From Pocillopora damicornis (taxonomy: Eukaryota): DNA of 64,000 nt. Both the position numbers and the translations under genes were made by a program. Location: the NCBI RefSeq assembly GCF_003704095.1, contig NW_020847331.1:186001-250000 (forward strand), given 5' to 3'. Below, in pieces: positions 51,613-62,551 of this stretch (the first letter of the stretch is position 1; every line of letters starts with the position of its first letter). The notes beneath the pieces are model-generated. The model saw only the letters and a list, made by a program, of their open reading frames with translations. It searched no databases and was not told the origin of the DNA.

Positions 51613-52489
51613 ATGGCAACGAGCGGCGGATTTCCCATAGCATTAGTTGCCACATTCACATGTGTTTATTTCCTAATCTTCCTGTCGTCAATCGTGGGGA
51701 ACTCATTTGTTCTTTAGCTCTGTTACAAACTAAAACGACAACGAGAGTCTTCTTTGACGTGTTACATCGCCAACTTAGCAATTGCAGATGTAGCATTTAC
51801 GGTACTGACTATTTTTGACTTGATGTGGACTTGGGTAGGCGGCGAGATATCCTGTAAACTACAGAGCTTTGTCATTGAAGCATGTTACTCCACCTCCATA
51901 TTGACTCTTGTTGTTATCAGCTTTGAGCGTCTGAAGGCTGTGGTAGACCCTGTAAGAGTCAGACTTATCACAAGGGAAAACATGCTACGAAAGTTAATCG
52001 CCGTTCGGTCAGTTGGCGCAGTCGTCGCTTCGCCTTTGCTTTATGCTTATCAAACCCAAACAGACGACACAGGAACCATTTCCTGCACGAATATCGTGTT
52101 CGGAGATTTAGCGCGACAGACCTATTATACTATTCACGCATTTTGTTTTTTCCTTGTACCTCTTGTCTACATGATAGTTGTTCAGAAGAGAATTTTTCTA
52201 TCCTTACGCTCAAGCGTTGCATCAAATACATCAAACACCATAGCTTCCATGCGCTATAAGCGGCATTACAAAGTGGCCAAGGTCTTGGCAGCACTCACAA
52301 TAGCGTTTGTAATATGTTGGTCACCTTTCATGGTCACACGCACGTTGTTGTACTTCCATTTCACAAATGGTGGTTACGTATGGCGAGCGTCTCAGTTATT
52401 GATTGATATTGATATTGATATTGTTAAATACGGCCTTAGATCCAATATTATACGGAGTCTACGGAGAAGCTATGAGGCAGTATGCTTGA
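51613..52489 (+). pseudogene. Full-length GPCR pseudogene (FERL subgroup)
   Basis: ATG at 51613, in-frame TAG at 51715-51717 (end of TM1), short ECL1 deletion, TM4 Trp changed to Arg. A 16-nt (TTGATA)n slippage at ~52399-52420 moves NTALDPILYGVYG into another frame, ending at TGA 52487-52489. Confidence 0.88.
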
Positions 52490-52640
52490 AGTTTATTCAA
52501 GAAAACAAGACGGCCCCTGTTTCCTCATGTGGACCCTCTCCGCGACAGACAAGAAAGAGTGCAAGTAATGGATTCACAAGCCATAGAACTTTATTATATG
52601 CAGAAAAATAAATCGGAATAATTTAATGAGGTGTTGGCTG

Positions 52641-52800
52641 CTCAACCCCTTACCCACTAACATCAGTGTGCATATTCTTCAAACTGTTCTCCATTCATCT
52701 CCTGAGATGCCGATAAGAAGAATTTGAGCTTCTTTAGTTGGTGATCATTTCCTTTACTCGCGGGACCTTAGAGTTTGATTCAAAAAGGTGATATTGAATG
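52641..52800. mobile_element. Partial piggyBac-type MITE
   Basis: TCAACCCCTTACCCACTAACATCAGTGTGCATATTCT... similar to the 12.4 kb copy. Confidence 0.5.
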
Positions 52801-53849
52801 TGGCATCGGATGCTAGATCATAGGGCTAAAATGGTCATAAACCAGGAAATCGTGAACCATACTTTGCTGCGAGATTTCTCGTTCGTTAGAGGAGTTATTT
52901 CTAAGAACGAGCAGAACACAACTAAATGAAATAAAGGTCAATGGAATTTTTTTCCCTTAGGGAGTTATTTAGGGTTGTGTTTCCTATTTATGTGACGATT
53001 GTTAGTGTTAGGCTCTTTTCTCCATTATGAATGTCGTAAATTCGAAGTATGCCTAGTTTTACTGGGAAAAAAGAAATAATTATAGCATGTGAAAACTTAA
53101 TTTGACATGGTGTTACATTACCAAAATAAAGTTTCTGTCAACACTGATGACGTATAATTTTGACATCTTGTGAGGGACATGTTAAAATACGAAATTATAT
53201 TTAGTCAGCCTGTGTTCGACTGCATGCATGCGTCGGGGCATTTCCGCAAGCGATGGTTGTGAGATTCCGCATAACTATTCCAAGCCAAAATGACATTTAA
53301 AAGTAATTTTTAGTTCCAAGCAGAATGCGTGTCGCAAACTTTTATCTATCTTTTCGTGGCTTCTTATATCGTCAGTTGGAACCACAACGCGCTCTCTCGT
53401 TGACCGATAGGTGAAACAGGAGTAGTTATTATTCAACTGCACATAGCAGAGTACAATAACGCACGAACAGTGTGCAAATATCCTGCAATATTATACGGTT
53501 ATTTAGACAGTTGGTTGGTTACTTTGTACTGAAAAAAACCCTGTTTAACCAGTCGGCTGCGCGCGCTACGTTTCTTTAGTCGCTTTGCTATTCTCGCCTT
53601 AGGAGAAACAGGCAGAGAGACTTAGCAGAAATAAAAGCAGTTGGAGAATAAATAACCTATAAGTATTTTGATTCACCCTACAAAATATGGCAAAATACTG
53701 AGCGATACAACACACCAAAACGTCTAATAATATATATTTACCCTGCTATCACGGTTATAACTTGTAACGTTCGCGCGAATCTTTCAGAAGTAGTTTATGA
53801 GAGTAATAGAAAACAAATTCCGTGGTTTACATAGCCTCATCTACACAAT

Positions 53850-54043
53850 CAAGGTAATTTTGGTTTTATCAACTGAGTTAATAATGTCAATTGGCCACCG
53901 TAAAGAGTTTCAAAGCTGACATTTCCAGCGTTAGCCCTTCATCATCGCACTGACTGAGCGCTAACGCTCGAAATGGCACCTTTGGATCTCTTTACAGAGG
54001 CCATATTACATTATTAACTCAGTTGAAAAACCAAATTATCTTG
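53850..54043. mobile_element. Palindromic PLE-derived / retrozyme-like element with two back-to-back degenerate hammerhead motifs
   Basis: Arms 53850-53945 and 53950-54043 are inverted repeats. The minus strand has ATGATGA-A-GGGC-TAAC-GCTG-GAAA-TGTC and the plus strand has CTGACTG-A-GCGC-TAAC-GCTC-GAAA-TGGC. Confidence 0.65.
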
Positions 54044-54241
54044 TAATACCCCCACTGACTCAGCAACACAGTTTTTTTTTTTAAAATAACCCCATTCCTT
54101 TAATTTCCTTCTTAACCTGCTTGCAAATATTTAAATTTTATGTTTTAAGTGAAGTGACTGAGAAGATAAAACAGAAGTGTTGCAGAGCTCTCCTTCCAGA
54201 ATAAGAACACTTTTCTGGTACATATGATTACCATATGTGTC

Positions 54242-54459
54242 GTACCCCTTAAACCCTCTAGATTTCATTAGTACACGTAATTCTCCTTACTGTCTGCAAT
54301 ACAATTTATGTGATGTTAGTTTGTAGAATTTAGAATTGGATCAACCATTAATTCCCTTACTGATATTTTTCTGTATTCTCATTACTTGTCTGCTTGCTAT
54401 CATACTGATAGTGTAAGGAGAAATTCTGTCTCGGTCACTAGCGGGACTAAAAGGGTTAA
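54242..54459. mobile_element. piggyBac-type MITE
   Basis: Ends ACCCCTTAAACCC...GGGACTAAAAGGGTTAA, with high similarity to 55297-55508. Confidence 0.7.
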
Positions 54460-55097
54460 AATGGGGGATTTCATTATATTGATATGATTAAATTTTCTTA
54501 TTCTTTCAAATGTAAAAGCTAATGTTATGAAACAATGGAAAAACCTGTTGCTGGTAGCTTATGTCTGTAATGTTTAAGTTTTCATGGAAAATGCTTTTCT
54601 TTGAAAGCAATGATACAGAAGTTTTCAAAGCTGATAGAAATAAGCTGTTTGCAAGTAATGAAAAGTAGATTGACAATCATATCTTAATGCTTGACATGCT
54701 TTGCTCAGACCTGTCAGTTGTGTGTACCTACCATGGTAGAGATGTCTTTCAAAAGAATGTTTTGGTGTGGATGTTGTTCTTTGTTGATCTTTGTACCCAA
54801 AAAAGCTACTAAAGGAACTGAACTTTAATTTTTATGTGCACAAGACACCCTCAATCAGAAAAATGAGGTAAATTGTAAACTCAGTTTACCATATGATAGA
54901 AGAAACATCACAGAGTACTTAAGAAGGGAAACTTGGATTGTGCTAGGTAATTTCTTCTATTGCCCTTCATGTTTTTGATTCAAATAAAATTTAATCAGTA
55001 GTAGGGTTTGCCTGCAATGTGTCAAATTACCAGTGTAGCAGACTTGATTCTTCTCAGATGTCAGCTGGTAAAAGATAGATAATAAGAATAGATGATA

Positions 55098-55209
55098 ATT
55101 ATCCCCAAATTAATATTTGTCTTTATTCTTATCACTTACCCGGTTGATATTATATTGGTATTGTAGAGAAAAATTCTTTCTTGATCACTCATGGGAGTTA
55201 GAGGGTTAA
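55098..55209. mobile_element. 3' half of the same MITE family
   Basis: Ends GGGAGTTAGAGGGTTAA and aligns to the 3' halves of the 54.2 kb and 55.3 kb copies. Confidence 0.6.
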
Positions 55210-55296
55210 TATTCATAACAAAGTTTCATTTAACATAAAATGTTTCAAGAACTTTTTTCCCTTCTTTTAAATACCATTTACTATTTCTGGAGACAA

Positions 55297-55508
55297 CTAA
55301 TCATTTAACTCCCAAGATCGCATTAGTCATTCTCCTTACTGTCTACCACATAGTTCTTGTGATGTTAGTTTTGAGAATTTGGTATTGGATCAACCAATAA
55401 TCCCCTAATTACTATTTTTATTTATTCTCATCACTTGTCTACTTGATATTGTATTGATATTGTTAGGAGAAATTCTGTCTTGATCATACATGGGAGTTAA
55501 AGGGTTAA
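55297..55508. mobile_element. piggyBac-type MITE
   Basis: CTAATCATTTAACTCCCA...TGGGAGTTAAAGGGTTAA terminal inverted repeats. Confidence 0.7.
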
Positions 55509-58500
55509 AGGAAGTAAGTTATTAAAAAAATTATAACTTTCATTAATTATTTGAATATGTGAGTAACATTTGATGTTTTCACATGTAACAGGATGATCAA
55601 GCTGAAGATAGCCTCAAAAAGGAGTGAACTCCACTGTAACTGAGGTAGGTGACTGATTTGGAAACTTGAGCACATGGTAAATACACCTCAGCTTGCAATT
55701 CTGGTGATTAAAGTTTGCTGGGGTAATTGAAATGTCAGTCCCCATGCAAGAACCATCCACATGACCTGTACAGTCATATACTATGAGATAACTTTAGAAA
55801 AATGCATTTGTGTCAGTAGAAGTATTTTAAGTACAGTATCACCTAGTAAAAAAAAATTAATGTTATCCCATAAGCATGAATGTTTGGGAGAAGTTATGGT
55901 GGTAATTGACCTTTTTTCGCTAGGATGCATAGGTTCTGATGATTTTAATGTATATCATTGAGCTTTCAAACTTTCAACTTTCCATTAATTGTAACTGTTT
56001 ACCATATCTATTTCTCAAAAGTTGAAGAAGGTGGGTCAATAACCTGACTTCCTTTGTTTGGAATTGTGTTATTATATAATTTTGCTGTCCAAGTTACCAC
56101 ATTGTAACATGTAATATTATTATTATTCAGACTGCATTTAATACTTGTGCTCAAGCTTTCATTAATGCATGGTGTTTCTTACCCATGTTCATATCAAAAA
56201 TAAACATTGATATCTGGAAATGGTCACAAGATATGTGAGTTTTTAAGGGTAGGAATCTGGAAAAGCAAGGATCCTCCTTTAATTAGGACTGAAATTAATG
56301 GGGGCCATCCTGTTTTAAATCATGTTTTTACTTTGACTTGCCCCCTCACCTGTAATGTTTAGGGCACATAGATGAAGAGAACATTTTTTGTATTTTGATG
56401 CATGAAAGTTAAGTTAATTGGCATCCACATATTGCACAAGGCAAGAATATAAATGCCTTAGCTTAATAAGTTAAAAAATTAAATTAGCTTTTTCATTAGT
56501 ACAAATTTCTTTTTCTAAGAATCTTGGTTATCCAGCCTATGCTGAATTCTAATTTTTGAACCAAATTTTCTTTTCTTTTGAATATTCTTAGATCTCCTAG
56601 TATCAGTTAATATTCATGTATTAATTAAAATAAATCTTGCAGATGTATGGCACATTATTTTTTCTCTGATCCTCCTAACATTTTATTATGTGTAGGGATT
56701 GGTATTGGCTATAAAAATTTCAGTCAAATTAAAGTTTTCTGTACAGCCTATGCATCAAGTTTATATAATAAAATATTGTATCCTTCTTAAAACTAGTTTA
56801 TCAGAATAAGAAGTTGAGTTAACAGGCACAAGTGTGGCTAATTCACAATGATAGTTTCCAGCTTTGAAAAAAGTCACTGCCTACTAAAATCATCAGTTCC
56901 TTTGCCCTGACAGCCCAACCTCATCAAAACATTGCCAGCAGGAGCAATAAGCAAATTAATGATACTGACAAGAGAGGCTATTCCCAAATACACCCTCCTC
57001 AATCCTGTTAGCGTATTATGGACAAGGCATTTCAAACATGTCATACATGCCACAAATTTTCCATCCTCTGATTGATTATTTTGTAATGTTGTTTACAAGT
57101 TGTGAAAAATGGTTGGGTTGAAATAGTAGATAGTCAAATGACTGAAAACTTTTTATATATCAATAAAACTTATTAGTGTGTTTCATGTTAACATATTGCA
57201 ACAACTCCAAATTCCAGTAAATTCAGTTAATGGCAAAGATGAGAAAATACCATCCAAAACTTTTTCAACCTATTTAATATACATAGCCAATAAAAACATC
57301 AACTCAAAAACTTTTAGGTAAAATTTCCGTACAGCCCCATCCTACATTATGCATTCAGTTCTTGGATAGAGAAAACAATGACAAAAACAATACATTGCTA
57401 TTTACATTGTGCGGAAATTTTACCAATATCAGAAAAAGACGTCGTGTATTTCCAGCCAAAGGACAAGCATGAAACAATAGCCGAAAGCAAGAAAGTTTTA
57501 AAAGATTACAGGTTCAAACACGAGTTGAAAATTACTTTTCTTTTTAATTTTCTACGCTGAACAGAGGAGGTTGAAACGTTAGGGAAAAACGGTGGGGCAA
57601 GCAGTCATACCTGGCATCTTCAAGAGAAGATATAAGAGAAGCTCATACGATTCTGGCGTGTTGTTTTACTGACTCACTGTGCTCACGTGTATACACCCCA
57701 ATCTACCAGTGATGTCTCCACGCAAAGTTGTTTTCCGTCGTTTCTTTCAATTTTGGCCCATTTTCCTAAACCGAAATTATAATTCACACTTACTAAAATA
57801 TAATTTCAACAGATGCTGTCATCACACACTTCATCTGAAAAAGATAACATTCCCAATCTTCGAATATTTGCTCAGAACATCAGGAACACCGATGAAGGTC
57901 CTAAGCTGTGTGAAGTTACCGCTGACTAGCATGCGTGTTTTGAGAACATCGTCCCCAGGTTCCAGACCTTGTCTGGTCTCTTAACCCTTTGAAGAAGCTC
58001 TTCTACAGCCTGTGCGGACAAGTTTTATTACAGTCTTTATTAAGTATAATGAAGGGCTGGAAAATAAACTTATAAGAGCTCCGCTTTTGGGCTTGGCTAA
58101 ATCTATATATTATACGAAGATGAAAAAGCGAAAAATAAACACGAAAGTATACAAGAGAGAACTAGAACACTAAGTGTACGGGTTACACCTGCCACATTCT
58201 CGTAAAATTGAATTTGGAGACAAAAGTTACATCGGAAGAAAACCATTCCCATAGATTCGACTTTGCTTTCAGGAAAATATGTTTTTGGATAATGATCGTG
58301 TAAGCGTGAAACGCCTTCTTGGAAAATTTCTCGTTATCGACAGAATGGTGCAGGAAATATTAGGGTTCAACTTAACGATTAAATCATTGAGATCCCTTTT
58401 ATTTAAAGTCTAGAGCAACAATCTACCACCAATTCTCAATAAAGGTTTAACAATCGACCAATCTTTGAAGCAGGCGAACAGAAAATATGGTGAGGCAAAA

Positions 58501-59125
58501 CTTTGCTTTGACCCGTGAAATATTCATACTTGTGATTCTCTCTGACGATTACATTCTTTTCTTTTCCAGCAACAATGCAGCAAATGTGTTTGCAAGCATC
58601 TTTGTTGTATTATAATAACTTTCAGATAAAATCGTAATGTATATTCATATGTAGATACAAATATACACACTTGTACATTTCCGCTTCACTTTGGGGAACG
58701 TAAATTGCATATGTATTAGCAAGTAAATTTCAGTTTGGAAAGGTGGATTGTATATATGTCTATAACTGAGTGTCATGTTCTAAAAGGTGTATTTTAAGAA
58801 TATCTACAAAAGCCCCAGAAAAAACATGGTACCTTTCAGACTGGTAGTTCGTATTTCATAATTGCTATCCCGAATCATTTTGATATCTTACAGCTTGAAA
58901 AAGGCGATGCCTATTTTTTACGAAAGGGCGGGAACACGAAGTTAATTAGGTATGGACTATAAACCCTACAAATGAAGGTTTACTTCGAACACAAGATTAA
59001 TAGATCAATGTAGAACAAAGGGACAAATGTAATAATACGTCTGCAACAAAAGTATGGAGTCAGTTTTGAAATGGATTTCAAGATATTAAACGTTCATTTG
59101 AATTAGCATTTGCACTTAAAATGTC

Positions 59126-59790
59126 TTTCGGTATTTAATATGTTTAGCGCATTAAAATCGCAACAAAAAGAAGCAATTTCTATACTGGTTTCTGGTAAGG
59201 AGTTACTGGCCGTGTTGCCAACTGGCCTTTGGAAAAGCCTGCTATTTCAGGTGTCGATTCTCATGAAAGAAATTATGACGGGAAACCTTCGAGCGTAGTT
59301 GTCGTTTGCCGGCTTCAACGGATTGTTTATGGAATAAACATCTTGAATCTGATTAACGGTAGCTACGCTCACAAATTGTCATTTGGAGGATATAGAGTGC
59401 GGCAAATATCAACTTGTATTTGCATCAGCAGAGAACGTTTTGAAACAAATATTATTGCGGGTAAACCTTCGAGTGCAGTTATTTGTTGCTTTAAAGAATC
59501 CGATCAAATGGAAGGAAAAGGAAGAGCTGTCAAATAGATTAAAGGCAGCTATACTCAAAGATTTTCGCTCGGAAAATATAGTGTGCAGCAAATATCAGCT
59601 CATATTTGTGAGCGCGGAGGAGGTTTTGTAGCAGTTTATTCTTTTTTGGCTGAAAAAAAAAACTGTTTCACCGTTTCACTCCTCGGCTCAACGTGTGTTT
59701 GTTTCGTTGGATAACAGTGCTTCCGGTTTTTAATTTAACTCATTTTGATCGGTTGCCTGCTCATTTCCGGAAATGCAGTGATACGCAACT
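59126..59790 (+). mobile_element. Second copy of the decayed RecQ-type helicase (AcademH-like) remnant
   Basis: LKSQQKEAISILVSGKELLAVLPTGLWKSLLFQ..SSVVVVCRLQRIVY..DIECGKYQLVFASAE, split across frames. Confidence 0.6.
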
Positions 59791-61621
59791 AACCAGGGGG
59801 TTTTGCTTTTTTTCAACAGCCTCTTCGTGCCGGTAGGCGTCTTCTCGCCCTTCCCCCGCCACCTACCCCCACCGTCCACTCAAACTCTAAATCAAACACG
59901 GCCAGTTTAATTTTGAATTTGAACGTGAATTTGCATTCTTTTGGAATTTAATAAAATTATGTCTTGCGCATTAAGATCGGGACAAATGTTATCTCGCAGT
60001 TTTAGCTATTTCTGCCCGTCTTACTGGGGCCAAAACAACTCTTTTCCAGAGGGGCTAAATTAGCCCAAAAAATAGTATTGTATTTGAACTGAACTATACA
60101 CAGAACTACCCATAAACTTAGACGGTATTGCCGATCGTGCTACTTTATAAGGGCACAATAAGTATTTACTAGAAAGATTTCTGAATGGTGGTGCTTTTAC
60201 TGGCCCACTTTCGTATTGCCTTAACGCTTTTATTCCCAAGATGTAATTTCTCGTGTCAGATCTCCATTCTGAACGGATTTCATATCGAGAGCGAAGCAAA
60301 ACTAACTTCAGAATCTAACTACCCAACGTGGGAAGCTAAATGTGAGCGGATTAAAAGATAATAATAACGTTGTACGTGGTCTTTCCTCGCGGGTAAAGAA
60401 AATGAAGTCGCGCCATTTTTAAGTGTTTATTGATCACAGCAGTCATGCTACTCTTTATAAATATAATAAAATTGTACCAACGGAGAAGCACGTTGGCTTC
60501 GTTTTATTCCAATGCTTAGTTTGATCTTAATTCAAGCATCTTACTTTCGTAATCGTTCGCGATAATTGATCCACAGACTGTTTCGCTTTTTATATGTGGC
60601 GACGGGTCACAACACATTAAACTTAAGCGGAATTATCACCAAAAAACGCTGCGTTATAAGCCACCTCCTGCAAACGCCCTTAAAAAATTGTTATCAAAAA
60701 CAGTTAGAACTGAACCGCATGGGCCTTGGCTCACTTAGATGCTATAGCAGTCTTACCCATTAATCATTAAGCCCAAAATGAAGAAATACACGCGTTTTTT
60801 GGGTCTTTTTGTTGTAATAAATATATTATTTTGTGAACAATTTTAACCCTTAGCAATTTGATATAGATTTGGTCAGTAACTACAGCGTTATGAATCACTC
60901 TACTATCAAATGGAAGCTTCATGAGATCAAATTTTAAAACAGCTGAAGTAGCTGAAAGGAAATAATTTCCACCAAATTGAATTTGTAATGCTTATATTTT
61001 TTAAATAAAGTAATTAAAGATAAGTTATAAATATTTATTCATGCATCGATGAATACTCGGCGGTAAAACATTAACTGATGAAATTTGATTTTCATTCCTT
61101 TTTTTAGTAACAAGAAACGACAGGTGCGTCATTCTATTTAAATAATAGCATCTAACAGCCAAGATCATTCTAAATGAAAAAAATTGGCACAAGACACATT
61201 TTTAATTTTCTGAAAAAGTTTATGTCAACTATTCAATGGTATTAAACAAATTTTATTTCAATCAAAAAATAGCTTGTTGTTTTCAAACGTAACGTTTACT
61301 ATGCTGTGATACATCCTTACGCTCTTCATATTGTCCTATATTGTACCCTAAATATGCAGCTGTCGATGGAGAACTAAAAAAAAACGTGGTAAACAACAAA
61401 AAGTAGAAATAAATGCATTTGAAGCGGGGGAAAGAAAATAGAAAAACCATAAGCAGTCTTCGCATGACACCGTTGTACATAGATCTGCTCTGTGACGCTT
61501 CATAGAAACTGCCGCGGTAAACAAGGACGGAGAGATGTGAAAAGTCAGCTTTAAATTGTTCGGGATATCGATAAAAAGGACTACTTCAAAAAAAAAGGTA
61601 AAATATTTTACCCAAACCAAA

Positions 61622-62551
61622 ATGGCGGTAATTGACAATATCGCAGCGCCTGCTTCGGTGCTATTTATCGTAAGTTACATTACAGTTTTTATTTTATCAA
61701 CGGTTGGTAACACATGGGTTTTGCTAACTTGCTACAAGACTTTAAAGAGAAGACATTCCCCTTTTACGTGGTTATTGGTGAATTTAGCGACGGCAGATCT
61801 CCTATTTACTCTACTTTCCGCATTTAACATGATTGGATATTTGTGGCGCTGGATAGGTGGAAACAACACTTGTAAGCTTCAAGGATTCTTTGTGGAGGCG
61901 AGCTATACGACTTCCATCATGACACTTGTAACTATTAGCTACCAACGATTAAAAGCTACCACAGATCCGTTTAGTTCCAGAGCAAGAGTCTGGTACAGCA
62001 GAGAATACCTTAAACCAGTTATAATTTGGGGATTTAGCTTACTGGTCTGCACTCCTTTGCTGCAAATCTACAGCGTAAAAACGGTGGACAGCAACGTTGC
62101 TTGTATAACTACGAGAAATGGAGTCATTGTCCCACAGATTTATTACAGTTTGCATACGACATTATTCTTTGTGGCCCCGTTGTTTTACATGATTTTTACC
62201 CAAATCCGAATTCATCTCGCTCTTCGCACAAGCGTTACACCAACGAGCAAATTGTTCACTTTGCTAGCACAGAGACGACACAAAAAGGCATCAAAGACAC
62301 TTGCTGCACTAACTATAGCATTTATAATCTGTTGGTCACCTTTCATGGTCAATCGGACGCTAATATACTTTCGTTTAGCATCAAAAGGACTCATTTGGAG
62401 GGCGTCTCAACTTTTAATCTTTCTTAATACCGGATTGGATCCTTTGTTGTACGGTGTGTACGACGGGGACTTTAAGTCTTTACTGCGAAGAGTTCTTTAC
62501 AGGAACAGGGATAACAGAGTGATATCTCTCCATCAAAATACAATAGAATGA
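61622..62551 (+). CDS. Intronless class A orphan GPCR (PQI subgroup, QRL motif), 309 aa; recent paralog of 48067
   Basis: First ATG at 61622, aligned with the paralog's start. GN, LATAD, SYQRL, CWSP, DPLLY. Confidence 0.93.
   Translation: MAVIDNIAAPASVLFIVSYITVFILSTVGNTWVLLTCYKTLKRRHSPFTWLLVNLATADLLFTLLSAFNMIGYLWRWIGGNNTCKLQGFFVEASYTTSIMTLVTISYQRLKATTDPFSSRARVWYSREYLKPVIIWGFSLLVCTPLLQIYSVKTVDSNVACITTRNGVIVPQIYYSLHTTLFFVAPLFYMIFTQIRIHLALRTSVTPTSKLFTLLAQRRHKKASKTLAALTIAFIICWSPFMVNRTLIYFRLASKGLIWRASQLLIFLNTGLDPLLYGVYDGDFKSLLRRVLYRNRDNRVISLHQNTIE

Noticed and set aside
51715-51717. Programmed stop-codon readthrough in the GPCR
   Set aside because: Independent lesions (TM7 frameshift, Trp to Arg, ECL1 deletion) indicate a pseudogene.
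57550-58020. THAP domain on the minus strand (LQRVKRPDKVWKPG..., CPTVFP)
   Set aside because: The C2CH/CSxHF signature is missing and the pieces are far apart, not in one open frame.
7887-62427. Short antisense or alternate-frame ORFs overlapping CAP and GPCR exons (e.g. 11173-11535, 20156-20389, 48657-48839, 62101-62427)
   Set aside because: Shadow ORFs of real coding sequence with no independent motifs.
22572-62551. Opsin cluster
   Set aside because: Position 7.43 (seven residues before the Pro of DPxxY) is Cys, Phe or Leu, not the retinal-binding Lys.
22572-62551. Named receptor symbols (QRFPR, TACR, GALR etc.)
   Set aside because: Only generic class A motifs are visible. Orthology cannot be assigned without a phylogeny.
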